Translations under genes and position numbers: made by a program
DNA from: Chrysomallon squamiferum
Taxonomy: Eukaryota > Animalia > Mollusca
Assembly (NCBI GenBank): GCA_012295275.1
Contig: CM022665.1
Coordinates: 17,980,001-18,044,000 of the forward strand
Direction: 5' to 3'
Length of the DNA stretch: 64,000 nt
The notes under the pieces: model-generated
What the model was told of the DNA's origin: nothing
The model's input: only the letters and a program-made list of their open reading frames with translations
Database searches by the model: none
Shown here: in pieces, positions 1-12,305 of the stretch
Layout of the letters: each line of letters opens with the position of its first letter
Position numbering within the stretch: position 1 is the stretch's first letter

Positions 1-1119
1 TGCTCTCTCTCTCTCATAATTTATATGTTTTACTTCCCACCAGAGTATGACAACACAGGAAGTCATACTTTTTAGACTGAATTTTTCTATAAAAGTATGT
101 AAAAGAATCAAATTAATATATTAATGTTTAGCAAATGTCAGCAGTATGTGCTAAAAACTTTTGTATATATAGAATATTAAAATGAATATTTTTAATATTT
201 AAGTTTGAGGATCTGTTTTGTTCAGCTTACTCAAAAATGCAGCAAAAATAAATTAGTAAATAAATAAATAAATACTACTAATAATAATCATAAAAATATT
301 AAAAAACAAAATTAGTAATAGTAGTAATAATAACAACAATAATAATACTTTACAAAAAACATTCTGCTAGTAAACAGATACAGATATTATACACTGAGAA
401 AATATTATTAACATTCAAAAAAATGTCTCTCTCAAATTTCAGTATTAATCACAAACTATAATCCTTGCCCCTTTAATAGTTTTATCTTTTCTAACGGTAT
501 TTCACAGTGTGATTACCAAGTACTCTGGTTTTAAAGGACAATGCTTTAAGATATAAAAGATAAACAACTGATATACATGAAGATACAACACAGGAATATA
601 TATATAAATACATATAAATACAGAGAGAGAAAGAGAGAGAGAGAAGTTACATCATTATATCTTAGCTGTAAATGAATTTCCACTAAAAGAGTTTAACAAT
701 ATCCTAACAGTGAAAGAGTTAACATCCAGTATATTAAATCTGACTTAAACTAAGTGTTGGCAGTGATAGGGTTAACCTTTAGCCTGTTAACTGTTACTTA
801 ACCCTAATTGTTAGCATTACTTTCTGATGTACATGGGGGTATTAGTGTAATGGGCTGAGAGATGCTATTACACCCGCTGGGGATAATTACTGAGTTTATC
901 TTTACTGTTATGTATCCTTCTACCTGTATGCTGAACATAACTGTGTAAGTTGATAATTGGAACACTTAGAAATCAGTAACAGGAGACGAAAAAAATTCCA
1001 GATTCTTTGTTGGCAGAAAATGTTGTAGAAAAAAAAATGGCTACGAGAATTAAGAATGTTGAAAATTTGTGTAGTATTATTTTATGTTGTTTAAATTATC
1101 TTGTGTTGTTTTTAATTAA

Positions 1120-1850
1120 TTTAATTAATTACAATTATCCCATAAGTAATTTTATTTCAATACAGAATAATATAAGATATCATGTTTAAATAACAGCAAT
1201 GTGTAAATTGAAACTATAACAAATGTGTTTAATTAACGGCAATTACATCTAATTAGTTTTATTTCACTACAGAATAAAATATATCACTTTTTAATAACAA
1301 CAGTATGCACACTCAAACAGTATAATGAATATGTTTAATTAACAACTGTTAGTAAGTAATTAATATTATTTCACTTTAGAATAAAAGATATCACTTTTTA
1401 ATAACTATATATTATACAAACTCAGAAAGTATGCCAAATTAATAACAGCAGTGTTTAATTTAGAACAATTAATTAATTTTATTTCACCTCATAATATTAC
1501 TTTTTAGTAACTACATACTGTTACAAACTCTCACAAAATTAATAATGACAGTGTTTAATTAACAACAATTAAAAAATAATCAATACCATTTCACTATAAA
1601 ATAATACTTTTTAAAAGCCACCTATTTTACAAATTTAGAAAGTATACAAAGTTAATAATGGCAGTGAGTGTTTAGTTAACAACAATTAAAAAATAATTAA
1701 TATTATTTCACTTTGAAATATAAAATATTGCTTTTGATTAACCACATATTTTACAAATTTAGAAAGTATACTTAATTAATACTGACAGTTTAATTAATAA
1801 TAATTAATTTTATTTCACTAGGGAATGTAAGGTATCACTTTTTAATAACC
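1120..1850. repeat. Degenerate ~110-bp tandem repeat, ~7 copies
   Basis: The anchor atttca(c/a) recurs at 1154, 1261, 1368, 1481, 1588, 1705 and 1813 with shared downstream tcactttttaataac. Confidence 0.8.
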
Positions 1851-1855
1851 CACTC

Positions 1856-1961
1856 TCAGTACAGTCTCAGACAGGATAACGCAGAGATACAATTAGTCTG
1901 TTTATCAGAGAGTACTGCACATCACAAAATCATTTATCAAATTGCTAAACATACTGAGTAG
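1856..1961 (+). other. Possible upstream non-coding exon
   Basis: Inr-like TCAGT at 1856, unique sequence between two repeat arrays, donor TAG|GTAAGA at 1962, a few CpGs nearby. It would supply a donor for the 3516 acceptor. Confidence 0.2.
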
Positions 1962-2606
1962 GTAAGAAAAAATCTACAGCAATTTCCCAGCTCAGTTCTG
2001 GAAGATTTACACAACATGTCAGCACTTGATGTAACAACGCTTGCGATGTAGTGCAGTTGTTGGATAAAATAACTATTCGGTACCTTTTGTTCTTGTTAAA
2101 AAAAAAAAAAAAAAAATTCTCTTGATGTGAAATGTTGGTGTAAAACAGTGTTGATGTAAAAATATTTAATAATGTTGTTCTCTTGTTGTATATAAAAAAT
2201 GTAGCAATACTGATAAAGCATTGTTGATGTAAAATGTTGGTGCTGTTGATGTAGTAGTACAAATATTGGTTTATATTGAAAAAAACATTTAACAATATTG
2301 TGTTCAGCTGTTATGTATTAAAAAATGTTTTGTGACATTGTTATACGCATGTTGAAGACACATTGAGATGAAATGTTGATGTGTAGTTCTGTTGATGCAA
2401 AAACATTGATGATGAAGTTGGTTATTTTCAAAACATCAGGGCAGGCATCTAGTTGTAACAATGTTGTTATGAAAACATAATGGAAGGTTGTAAATATGAA
2501 GGCAGTATTATGCAATAGAAAAGAAAAAAAACTTTACCCTCTTGTTGTTCATATTTTTATCATGTTTATAGTTTAACATGCCATTTTTTATTTCAGAACT
2601 GCTGCA

Positions 2607-2619
2607 GTTGCCTAGCAAC
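2607..2619. promoter_or_regulatory. RFX X-box motif GTTGCCTAGCAAC
   Basis: Matches the 13-bp RFX consensus; ~0.9 kb upstream of the leader exon. Confidence 0.45.
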
Positions 2620-2980
2620 TATTACATAAAATGTTGGTGATGTAGCATGTTTTATTGTGCAATAGTGGATGATTCTTTGCAGATATATAAAATGTTGATA
2701 TTGTAGTTGTTGCATATAACAGTTCATGCTATGGTTTATTTTCCTTGCTCTACAGTAGTAGTTGTATAAAATGTTCATGCTGTAGTTGTATATAACAGTC
2801 CATGCTACTGTATGAAATGTTGATGTTGTAGTTGTTGTGTATAACAGTCCACACTGCTATATAAAATGTTGCTGTATGTAACAGTCCATACAAATGTATG
2901 AAATGATGATGCAGTGGTTGCTGTATATAACAGTCCATGCTGCTGTATAAAATGTTGTTGCTGAAGTTGTAGATGTAACA
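2620..2980. repeat. Degenerate ~46-49-bp tandem repeat
   Basis: Recurring tataaaatgttgatgttgtagttg...tataacagtccatgct. A more decayed relative spans 2020-2500. Confidence 0.8.
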
Positions 2981-3335
2981 ACTGAGATACTGAAACACTG
3001 TAACAACTCTGATATTGAAAGACTGTAGCAACCTTATAATGAAACACTAACAATCCTTATACTGAAACACTGTAACAACCCCTAAAAAAAGTCTGATATT
3101 GAAACATTGTAACAATTCTGATACTGAAACAACTTTGACAATGAAACACTGTAACACTGCTGATAATGAAACACTGTAAAATAAACTCTGGTACTGAAAT
3201 ACAGTAACAACTCTGATACTGAAACACTTTAAACACTCTGATACTTAAAATACTGTAACGACTCTGATACTGAAACGGTGAAACAAACCTTATACTGAAA
3301 TACTGTAACGCAGACCCTTATACTGAAACACTGCA
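2981..3335. repeat. 25-bp minisatellite CTCTGATACTGAAACACTGTAACAA, ~14 copies
   Basis: Direct reading of the repeated unit. Confidence 0.9.
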
Positions 3336-3339
3336 GACA

Positions 3340-3516
3340 CTCCACAGATATCCGATGATTCGTTTTTCCTAATCTCTGTCAGTAAATTACACACAGAGAT
3401 TTTTCTCTCTGCATCAGCTCTGAGAGTTCCCGTAATGCAGGCACGTGGAGAAGTATTTTTAAAACTGCCAGCGTAAAAACACTGCAGTGTGCTTGGGTTT
3501 TTCTTCCACTCCGCAG
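3340..3516 (+). promoter_or_regulatory. CpG-retaining promoter/regulatory island
   Basis: About 10 CpGs between 3255 and 3580 against a near-absent background. E-box CACGTG at 3442-3447, TATA-like tatttttaaaa at 3454-3464, 12-bp palindrome ACACTGCAGTGT at 3479-3490. Confidence 0.4.
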
Positions 3517-3687
3517 TGCATGGCTGGCATCTCCAAGTACTGCCAGTTCATCTCATTTCTTCTCCTCTGTTTACATCGTCTTGAATATGTGGGCTGAGTT
3601 AATGGATGTGTTAGTACACAGACTGACTTATTCACATCTTGTGGACTATTACAGGTAGCCATGTGGCCAAATACTGCACTGAAAAAG
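3517..3687 (+). other. Candidate 5'-leader exon (UTR with uORFs plus first 9 codons); could instead be part of a first exon starting near 3485
   Basis: Acceptor gtttttcttccactccgcag ending 3516 and donor AAG|GTAAGA at 3688. All three frames contain stops before 3661. It lies in a higher-complexity, CpG-retaining island. Confidence 0.55.
3661..3687 (+). CDS. Putative first coding segment MWPNTALKK (phase 0), in frame with the 21761 exon
   Basis: ATG in gtagccATG context (purine at -3), first in-frame ATG after TGA 3595-3597. The 27 nt to the donor join AAG ATG TAC... to give MWPNTALKKKMYKLEKRLPVWLMCIILAVCLSFGFKSAQ. Confidence 0.5.
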
Positions 3688-4362
3688 GTAAGAGGAATCT
3701 CATTATCCAGGTACATAAGATGTAAAATACACAAACAACTTTGCAATAAGAATGGTTTACAGATTTGGCACAGGTAACAGTTTCCTTGTTTGTTTTTTGT
3801 GTGTTTGTTTGAGTGTATGTATACAGCATACTTTGTAAAATAATACTACCATATAATTAATAAAAGTAGCTTACAGGAATTTGGAAAAATTTGGTATTAA
3901 CTGTATTTGGTGTTATTTACAAACTGCCCTCTTTTGATTGTACTTTATATATAGTGATTATTATGTAATATACAAAATAATGGTAATGCAGACAAAGTAT
4001 TTACTATATGTTATTTTAGTGTACAGATTATTTTATACATGAGTTTAGTCACACATATGATCATAGTAAATGTAACTTAAGGTTCTCCATTGATTTCAGG
4101 TACCATGTGCTTGGGTTTATGTATGTGTGTATTGTTGTGTATGTATAGATACTCACAGAGGTATGATATCTATATGTATGAGGTTGTTGTTATTTGGGAG
4201 TGTATGTATGTATGATGTAAATGTATATCTGAATGTGTATATGTATACTTATATTTGAAAGACTCGATGCATATATTAAATATTTTCATATATCTGTTTT
4301 GTATACCGTATGTACAGAGTAAGTATATTTATGTGCTATACTAGTATCTCACAGACAGACAG

Positions 4363-4562
4363 ACATATACATACAGAGACATATATTTACACATGCATAC
4401 ACACATATACACATACACATAGACATACACACACATACACGTAAGCACACACACACATGTATCACATACACACACACATATACATACACATATACATGCA
4501 AACACACCTATACACAAACACATACATACATAGATAGATACAAACATATGCACTCATACACA

Positions 4563-4600
<38 letters not shown>
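4363..4600. repeat. (CA)/(TACA) compound microsatellite
   Basis: Direct reading. Confidence 0.9.
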
Positions 4601-4603
<3 letters not shown>

Positions 4604-5045
4604 GAAAAAATTACATATACATTATCTTTTAAATATATATTCAGTGATGTATAAACATCTAAAATATAAACTATTTAGTTCTTAGCCTCAAAGCATGCCT
4701 ATTTGTTTTTCTTCATGAATCCTGGTGGGGGGGTGTTTGTCTATGGGGGAATGATCCCAGGGACCACTGACAACATCATACCTGTTTATTTTTCTTCATA
4801 AACACTGCTCTGGGGGGGGGGAGGTTCTGTTTTTGTTTTTGTTTTTTTTTCTTCAGTTCTCTATCATCTAATTCTGCATGCTGTGATGGGCATGCTCTGT
4901 GCTAAATGCAGCCAGATGTTGTGAAATCTGGTAGAGATTTACCACTAGGATACTCTGGCTCTCTTCCTGTCACTGGATTAATTTTCCTTTCATCACCAGC
5001 CAGGCACACTTCGTCTTAGCTTTATGTGACCTTGAACCTCTAAGT

Positions 5046-5081
5046 CAGGTCAAGCCAGGTCAGGTCAGGTCAGGTCAGGTC
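5046..5081. repeat. (CAGGT)n pentanucleotide repeat
   Basis: Five perfect units at 5056-5080 plus imperfect upstream units. Confidence 0.9.
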
Positions 5082-6588
5082 GTGTTTTGTATAAAGGAAA
5101 CAGAATGTAGGTTTGTGTTAAGATTTATTTATTTTTTGTCTGAAGTGTACTGGGTCATAGGTCTCTTCAGTTCAGTATATGCCGTTCTAACCACTGCTTC
5201 ATGTATAAAGTATAGGTAACCATGTTTCCAAACACATTTGTTATATGTTATATCAAAGTAAATGTTCAAATATTTGCAATGAAGAATAATAATAATATTT
5301 TCACTTCAACTAGTGAAAAACAGGGAAAAACTTATTCTCCACTGAATCTTAACTGACCAGTGAAACCTAACTGATCACAACATGCTGCTTGATCATTTCA
5401 CTTTACCTGATACCAGAATGCTCACTTGCTATGTCTGTGTTTTGAATTATGACTCTGTTTTGATGTAAGTTTGTTTTTTCATTTATGAAGAATATTTACA
5501 TGTATTTAGGCATCAGTAAAAACAAATCTAGGGTTTCTGATTTCAGGAGCCATTAATCTGTTTATATGTAGTCATTAGCCATGACACATGTTTGTTATTG
5601 CACTTTCATGGCATAAACCTATCTTGATACACCTGAGCACACTACACATACACCAGTTTTTATTTCTGCTGGGGAAAGAAACTGGACATATAAATTATTG
5701 ACCAGGCAAAGTTACATACAAAGAAAAATGTGAAGAAATCTCTCATCTTTTTTCAGTCACCATCCATAATTAATTTTATTGTTAACCTTCAAGATTAGTT
5801 ACCCCAGAGCCATGTTCTCCTTGACTTGCAGGCCAAAAGGTTAGTCCCACTTCTGATTAAAATTGGCACATGGCCTGCCCAACATACAAGATGGAATAAG
5901 GAGGAGGTAACTCTATATAAAGAACTCTTGTTTTTGACTACCAGTGATGAGTCAAGTGTTAAGTAACATCATTAAAAAGCTTGATTGAATAAGTAACATG
6001 TCATGTTAAATGATGAGCTGAGAAAATTGGAGGAACTTACAAAAACAATGTGTCCAGGAATTTGTTCCTGCATTCACTTACAGAACTTGAGATCAGACCT
6101 ATTATGGTCATTGAATTACCCAGAATTATTCTCAAAGGAGTTAGAGTTATCTGTAATGAACAAGAAGTCTTCTGCAGATGAAGAACAAAAAAGTTCCTTT
6201 TTTGTAAGAAGAGTTAGTAAATAGAATTATCTACCCTTTCTTCTTTCATCATGGAACCTTATTTTCTGTGAGATAATAAACATTTCTTAGCAAGAAAACT
6301 GTTTTTATCGCAGCCGTTAAAAAATAAAGAAATAAAAAAATAAAATGAAATTGTAATTTATATTTCAGTGCTAAAATTGGATACAGGGAAGAAAAAACAA
6401 GAAAGAGATTAGCTGTGGTTGTCAGTTTCAATAAATTGTAGTTTTTACTTTTGTAAAAAATTCTCTGAGGTACATCTCTGATGTTGAAAAGAGGAAGTTT
6501 TGCATCGTACTTACAGAGATATAATGTTTCCTTCAGTAATTTCTATAGAGGAGTGTTTCTATAAATAACTACATAAATAAATAAATAT

Positions 6589-6619
<31 letters not shown>

Positions 6620-8229
6620 CATACATACATACATATATAGATGCATGCATATATACATACATACAAACATAATAAAAATAAATAAATAAACAAATAGGTA
6701 GATAGATATAGTTAGACATATAATGAGAGAGATAGATACATAATAAATAAATAAAAAACATTTATATTATTATTAATAATAATAATAATAATAAATAAAT
6801 AAAATAAAAATATGAATTAAAAGTAAATGTTACTAATACAGTGTTCTGTAAATCCAAAAAGGAATGACCAGATATTGATCTCAGGTGAGGGTGGATCCAT
6901 TTTGTTTTCTTTGAACTAAAGGGGAGCTTTAAACCCACTTATCCACCTTTGCACCCAGCACTGATAATGCATATAACCATTTTTATTATCAGTAATAACA
7001 TCTTTTTAATTAATACTTTCTTGATAACAGAATGAATTTAATTGTTGATAGGTTCATTTTAATACATCATAATAGGATTAATGCAATCCTTAGTAACATG
7101 ATTATTAAAATTATTTTAATTGCTTGCTGAATATTTGTAGGGATAATAATAATAATAATAATAACATAATAATGATGATGGTGATTATCATGGTTATAAT
7201 AATGATGATGATAATAAAAATAATAACAATACTAGCAACAAAAATAATAATAATAATAATCTCAGCAATAACAACAACAACAATAAAATATTTTCAGTTT
7301 ATAACAACATTACTGCATGTTCATAGGTTCATACATAATAATTATTTGTTAATATAAAATGCAGAAAATGACATTCATTCATTGGTTTACCCTTTGAATA
7401 TCTTTTCATTCATTCATTCATTCATTCACTTATACTTTGAATAATTCTTTATTCATTCATTCACCCCTTCATTTTTTCATTTATTTATTCATTCATTCAC
7501 TTATACTTTAATAACCCTTCCTTCCTTCCTTCTTTCATTCACTCATTCATTTATACTTTGAATAGCACTGTCATTTAACACCAGTAAAAACAAGGTCACA
7601 GTGACACACACACAAACAGACATACATACATACACACACATGTGTTTTTACACAGACACACAAACAAAGCTGTAAACATTTCTAACTTGGTAAATATTTA
7701 AACTGTTCTGACACACAGCAAGAAATAAATCATCTCCTTTAGCAAAATCAATAGAAAGAGAAAAAGAATTTTTGACTTACAGATATATACATTTCAAATA
7801 TATCACAGTCTTGCTACAACCCAAAATAGCTGAAATACTTGCCTCTGTCTTGATAGACTGCAGAATCAGCCCTCTTTTGAAACCCCTTTGGGCTATATCA
7901 CATTCTGGCCAGGGTCCCAATAAGTGGTATATCAAAGGCCATGCATGCATGCTGTGTGTGTTTTCTGTGTGAAATTGAATACAAAAATAGATATTTCCTG
8001 ATTTAACCATGCAAACATTTCATGATTGTTCATAGCAGGGATTATTTATCTCAAAATATTTATTTTTTCTTCAGTTTGATTATTTTCATCTCTCTTTTCC
8101 TCTAGTTTTATTCACCCAAAAATAGTTTCAGTCACTCTTGGGGGAATTATTCACCAGCATGTAAAGCACTGATCTACAGACAATCTTTAGTTGTAATTGG
8201 TTATAAAACAAAAACAAATAATTGTCACT

Positions 8230-8790
8230 GACCAACAGACATTTCATGACATTCACCAATTAAAACTGAACTATTTTCATCAGTGAAATTTCTTGATTAT
8301 CATCAGTAGACATTTCAGTAGATATTTTAACACATATTCCCTGATAATTACAAGTAGAGATTTCAACAGACATTTTATCGTTAATACTAGTAGATATTTC
8401 ATAACTTTCAGTAATGGATGCTTCATGACAATACCAGACAATTAGCTGGATTAAGTAGATTATATCTAGTAGATATATCTATTTGATCAATATGGCTAGT
8501 ATCAACAGACTTTTGATGACAACATCAAAGAGAAATATTTCTAGATCTGGTAGGCATGTCTACTTGATTAGTAATATTGGTAGACATTTCATAGCTGTTA
8601 CTAATAGACATCTCATGATTACTATCAGTAGACATCTTAGAAAAATGTTGCTAGATCTGGTAGATACATCTTCATCATTAATATCAACAGACATTTGATA
8701 AACAGCATCAAAAAGAAAAGTTGCTAGACATATCTACTTGATTAATATCAGTGGACATTTCATGACACCACCTAAGAAACCATCTGCTGG
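8230..8790. repeat. Highly degenerate tandem repeat
   Basis: Recurring agtagacatttca, atcaacagac, ctagatctggtag and tctacttgatta motifs. Confidence 0.6.
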
Positions 8791-9321
8791 ATTCAGTGTG
8801 TGCTGTGTTATTAATCTTTCTGCTCATGTTCGACTGCAACTTTGTCCACTTACTGGTTTTATTGCTTGTAGCAAATTGGCTGAAGCTCTGGGGAAGCTGT
8901 TCTAATCAGGCATTTCAGTGTCCATGTTCTCTGGATTCTTGTCTTCGGTTGTGTTTTTGCTGCTTCAGTGATTTCTCACTGAAATCATTGTATGTGTATG
9001 TTCTATGTGTGTACGTGTGTGTATGTTTCTTCTTCTATGTGTGTGTATGTGCATGTGTGTGTGTCTCTCTCTGTATGTATGTCTGTGTGTATATGTGTGT
9101 ATCTGTGTATGTGTATGTGTGTGCCTATGTGTTTTTCTGTGCAGTGTGAGTGTGTACAGTTGTGTATTGTGGGTGTTTCGGTGTGTTGTGTGTACATATG
9201 TGCATGTCTATGTTATTAAACTGTTAGATATTACATTGTTTTTCATATCATTTAGTATATCTAAAACAAATTTTATTACTGAACTTCTTTTTCAAATCAT
9301 TTATATATTTATTTATTTATT

Positions 9322-9363
<42 letters not shown>

Positions 9364-9756
9364 TGTAACAGATGGCTTAAAGGTTTTGTGTAATTTTATT
9401 TATTTATGAAAAATTTATTTATACTGGCTGATCAGCCTATCTCATGTTCCAACTATGGCTCCTCATTACTGGTATTCAAAAAACTGTAGTATACAATTTC
9501 ATTTCTATCTGAAAGTGCAAGTAAACTTTTTTTTTTACTGATAATGAGAGTAAAGTGGCAGCAGTGAAAAAAAACAAAAAAAACAAAAAACAAAAACAAG
9601 AAAGAAAAAATAATAAATCTTAATTGACACCTAATAACCATTTGTATTAAAACATGTCCGGGTTTTGTTAAACAAACATTTATCTCTTCATGTGTGAAGA
9701 TTCCAGACTGAATGTTTTAATGTTTATTACTTTTCTTTCTGTTACTGTCACTCATA

Positions 9757-9769
9757 TGACCTTTGACCT
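9757..9769 (-). promoter_or_regulatory. Perfect DR1 nuclear-receptor element (AGGTCA-A-AGGTCA)
   Basis: The + strand reads TGACCTTTGACCT. Motif match only. Confidence 0.3.
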
Positions 9770-10838
9770 TCACATAACTAGTCTAATGTGTCTGGTTTAT
9801 CATTTAGCATGATTAATGTCTGAGATTCTCTCCTCACCTGATCATCATCAATAATTTAGACATCTTGTCCAGTTTCTACATTATTTAGTGACCACTGTGT
9901 CTAAAGTCATCAAACATTACCTAGATGTATGTTCCCAAACATGTTGAATAAACATGAAATGTAATGGTGTTATATACTTAATATACACTTTACTGTAGAA
10001 TTTTTTTTTTTAATTTGCAGAAAAAAAAAAAAAAAAAAAAAAAAATGTTTAATGGCTTTCTATACTTATTATATACTTCAAAGAAGAAAAAAATACACCA
10101 GTTATAATTCAGAGGTGTTTTTTTTTTAATTTGCAGACTAAAAACCCCAATATTTAATGGCATTCTATACTTATGTACTTCACAGAGTAAAAAAAGAAAT
10201 AAGAAATGTTTTTTAAGTTGAAAGTGTGCAGCCTGAAAAGATTAATGATGGCTGTGTTTAAAACAGATGTGGTTATCTACTATAGTGTATTTAGAAACAG
10301 AAACATTACAGGTGTAATTAGTTTATTTAATAAATTCATAAAATTCGACTTTCCAAAATGAGATAATCCTGATGTTTATTTTTGTTAGCATAATTACTTT
10401 AAAATAGTTCTTAGGTATCCTTCTCTCATCTTTTTCTATTTCTCCATCTTTATCTCTGTCTATCTGTATTTGTTTATCTCTCTATTTGTCCATTTGTCTG
10501 TCTGTATCTATCTGTCAGTCTATCCATTTAATTTCCTATCTACCTGTCTGCCTGCCTAGATGTCTATCTGTGTATCTTTATTTGTCTATTTATCTATCTC
10601 AGAATTTCTGAATCTCAGCCTTCTTTCATTCTCTCATTCCTACTTGTTCTATCTCACCTCATTCTTTTGTTTCTATCTCTCTCTGCTTTTTAATTAAATT
10701 TATCTACCTCTATCCATCTGTTTGTCAATTTGTCTATTTCAGTATATCTATTTACTTTCCTATATATCTGTCTGTCTAACTACCCACCTGTCTGCCTGCT
10801 TGGACATTAATCTGTATGTCTTTATTTATCTATGCTTC

Positions 10839-10869
<31 letters not shown>

Positions 10870-10975
10870 GTCACTTTCCTCTTTCATTCTCTCATTCCTA
10901 CTTGCTGTAATTGTTTCTCTCCATTTTTTTTCTTTCTGTTGTTCTCTCCTTTTCTATTTATTTTATTCCTTTATT

Positions 10976-10976
<1 letters not shown>

Positions 10977-11042
<66 letters not shown>

Positions 11043-11057
11043 CTCTCTCTCTCTCTC
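10977..11057. repeat. (CT)n microsatellite
   Basis: Direct reading. Confidence 0.95.
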
Positions 11058-11629
11058 CTTTTATTCATTATCCTATTTGTTTTTCATTTCCACTATTTTG
11101 TTTTCATTGTATCTGGTCCATTAGATTTTATTTTTTTACTAATTGCTTTGAACAAAAGCATTTAGCAACAGTTCAGCCATAATGAGAAATTAATTGAATA
11201 ATATAATAAACTTTCTTCAAATTCTTCTGGCAACACTTAACAAAACTGAGAAAACAAGAAAGAAAAAAAAAATTATGTTTTTAAAATAATAATCCACTAA
11301 TTTGAAATTAATAAAAATAATTGAATAAACTTGTTATCAACAACACTCAACAGAAATGAGGAAACAAGAATTTTTTCTTTTTTTAAATTTAATAATCTAC
11401 TAATTAGCCAAACCATACTATTTCTGATTTAATAACTGAAGACTGTTAAAAATAATTTAGCCAACTTTTGGATTTTCTGCGGACAAATGAAAACAATTGT
11501 GTCCTTTTAATTAGTTGTAATATCTTACAGACTTTCAGGTTAAAATGTCTACAGGATCACAGAAAATCCTTGGGTTTTTAATTTTTAAATTTTTTCTCAG
11601 ACAGTATAGATCCATTTTTATTAACAATC

Positions 11630-12305
11630 CAGGCAAATCCATGGCCAGCTCAGAAAAAATGCAAATCTACAGTCCTGTTTTTGGTCTTTGTAAAACATTG
11701 CTTTATTGTGATTACTGTAAGAATCATAGTGCTTTCATAATTACTAAGAAATCCATTGTCCTGTTATGATTTCTGAAAACCTATGGTCCTCTCATAATCA
11801 CTGTAAATCTATAATCTTTCTTGATAAATGGAAATCTAAAGAACCTTCCTGATCAGGGAAAATCTTTACTCCTCTTGTGATGATCATAAATTCATGGTCC
11901 TTTACCAATAAATGCAAATCTATAATCCTTTCCTGATAAATGCTAATCCTTGGTCCTCTTGTGATTGCCATAAATCCAAATTACTGATATGTACAAATCC
12001 ACAGTACTCTTGTGTTCATCATAAATCTACAGTTCTTTCTTGATCAGTGCAAATCCATAGTCCTCTTGTGTTCATCATAAATCTACAGTCCTTTCTTGAT
12101 CAGTGCAAATCCATAGTCCTCTTGTGTTCATCATAAATCTACAGTCCTTTATTGATCAGTGCAAATCCATAGTCCACAGTGAAGATTGCAAATCCATGGT
12201 TCTTTTCTGAATTCTGCAAATCCATAGTCCCTTCACAATCTTTGCCATCCATTATCCCCTCATGATTATTACAAAACACAGCCCTGTCCTGATCACTAGC
12301 AAATC
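11630..12305. repeat. ~28-bp degenerate array with a homogenised 56-bp (2x28) core
   Basis: Near-identical 56-bp units start at 12009, 12065 and 12121. The flanks show decayed aaatc(t/c)a(c/t)agtcct monomers. Confidence 0.9.

Noticed and set aside
2981-3335. CRISPR-like array
   Set aside because: Units are head-to-tail without unique spacers, there are no cas genes, and the context is eukaryotic. The same holds for the 42123 and 49110 arrays.
3595-3597. Selenocysteine TGA joining the 3520 uORF to the main frame
   Set aside because: No selenoprotein-like motif, and no 3' UTR/SECIS in the window to test.
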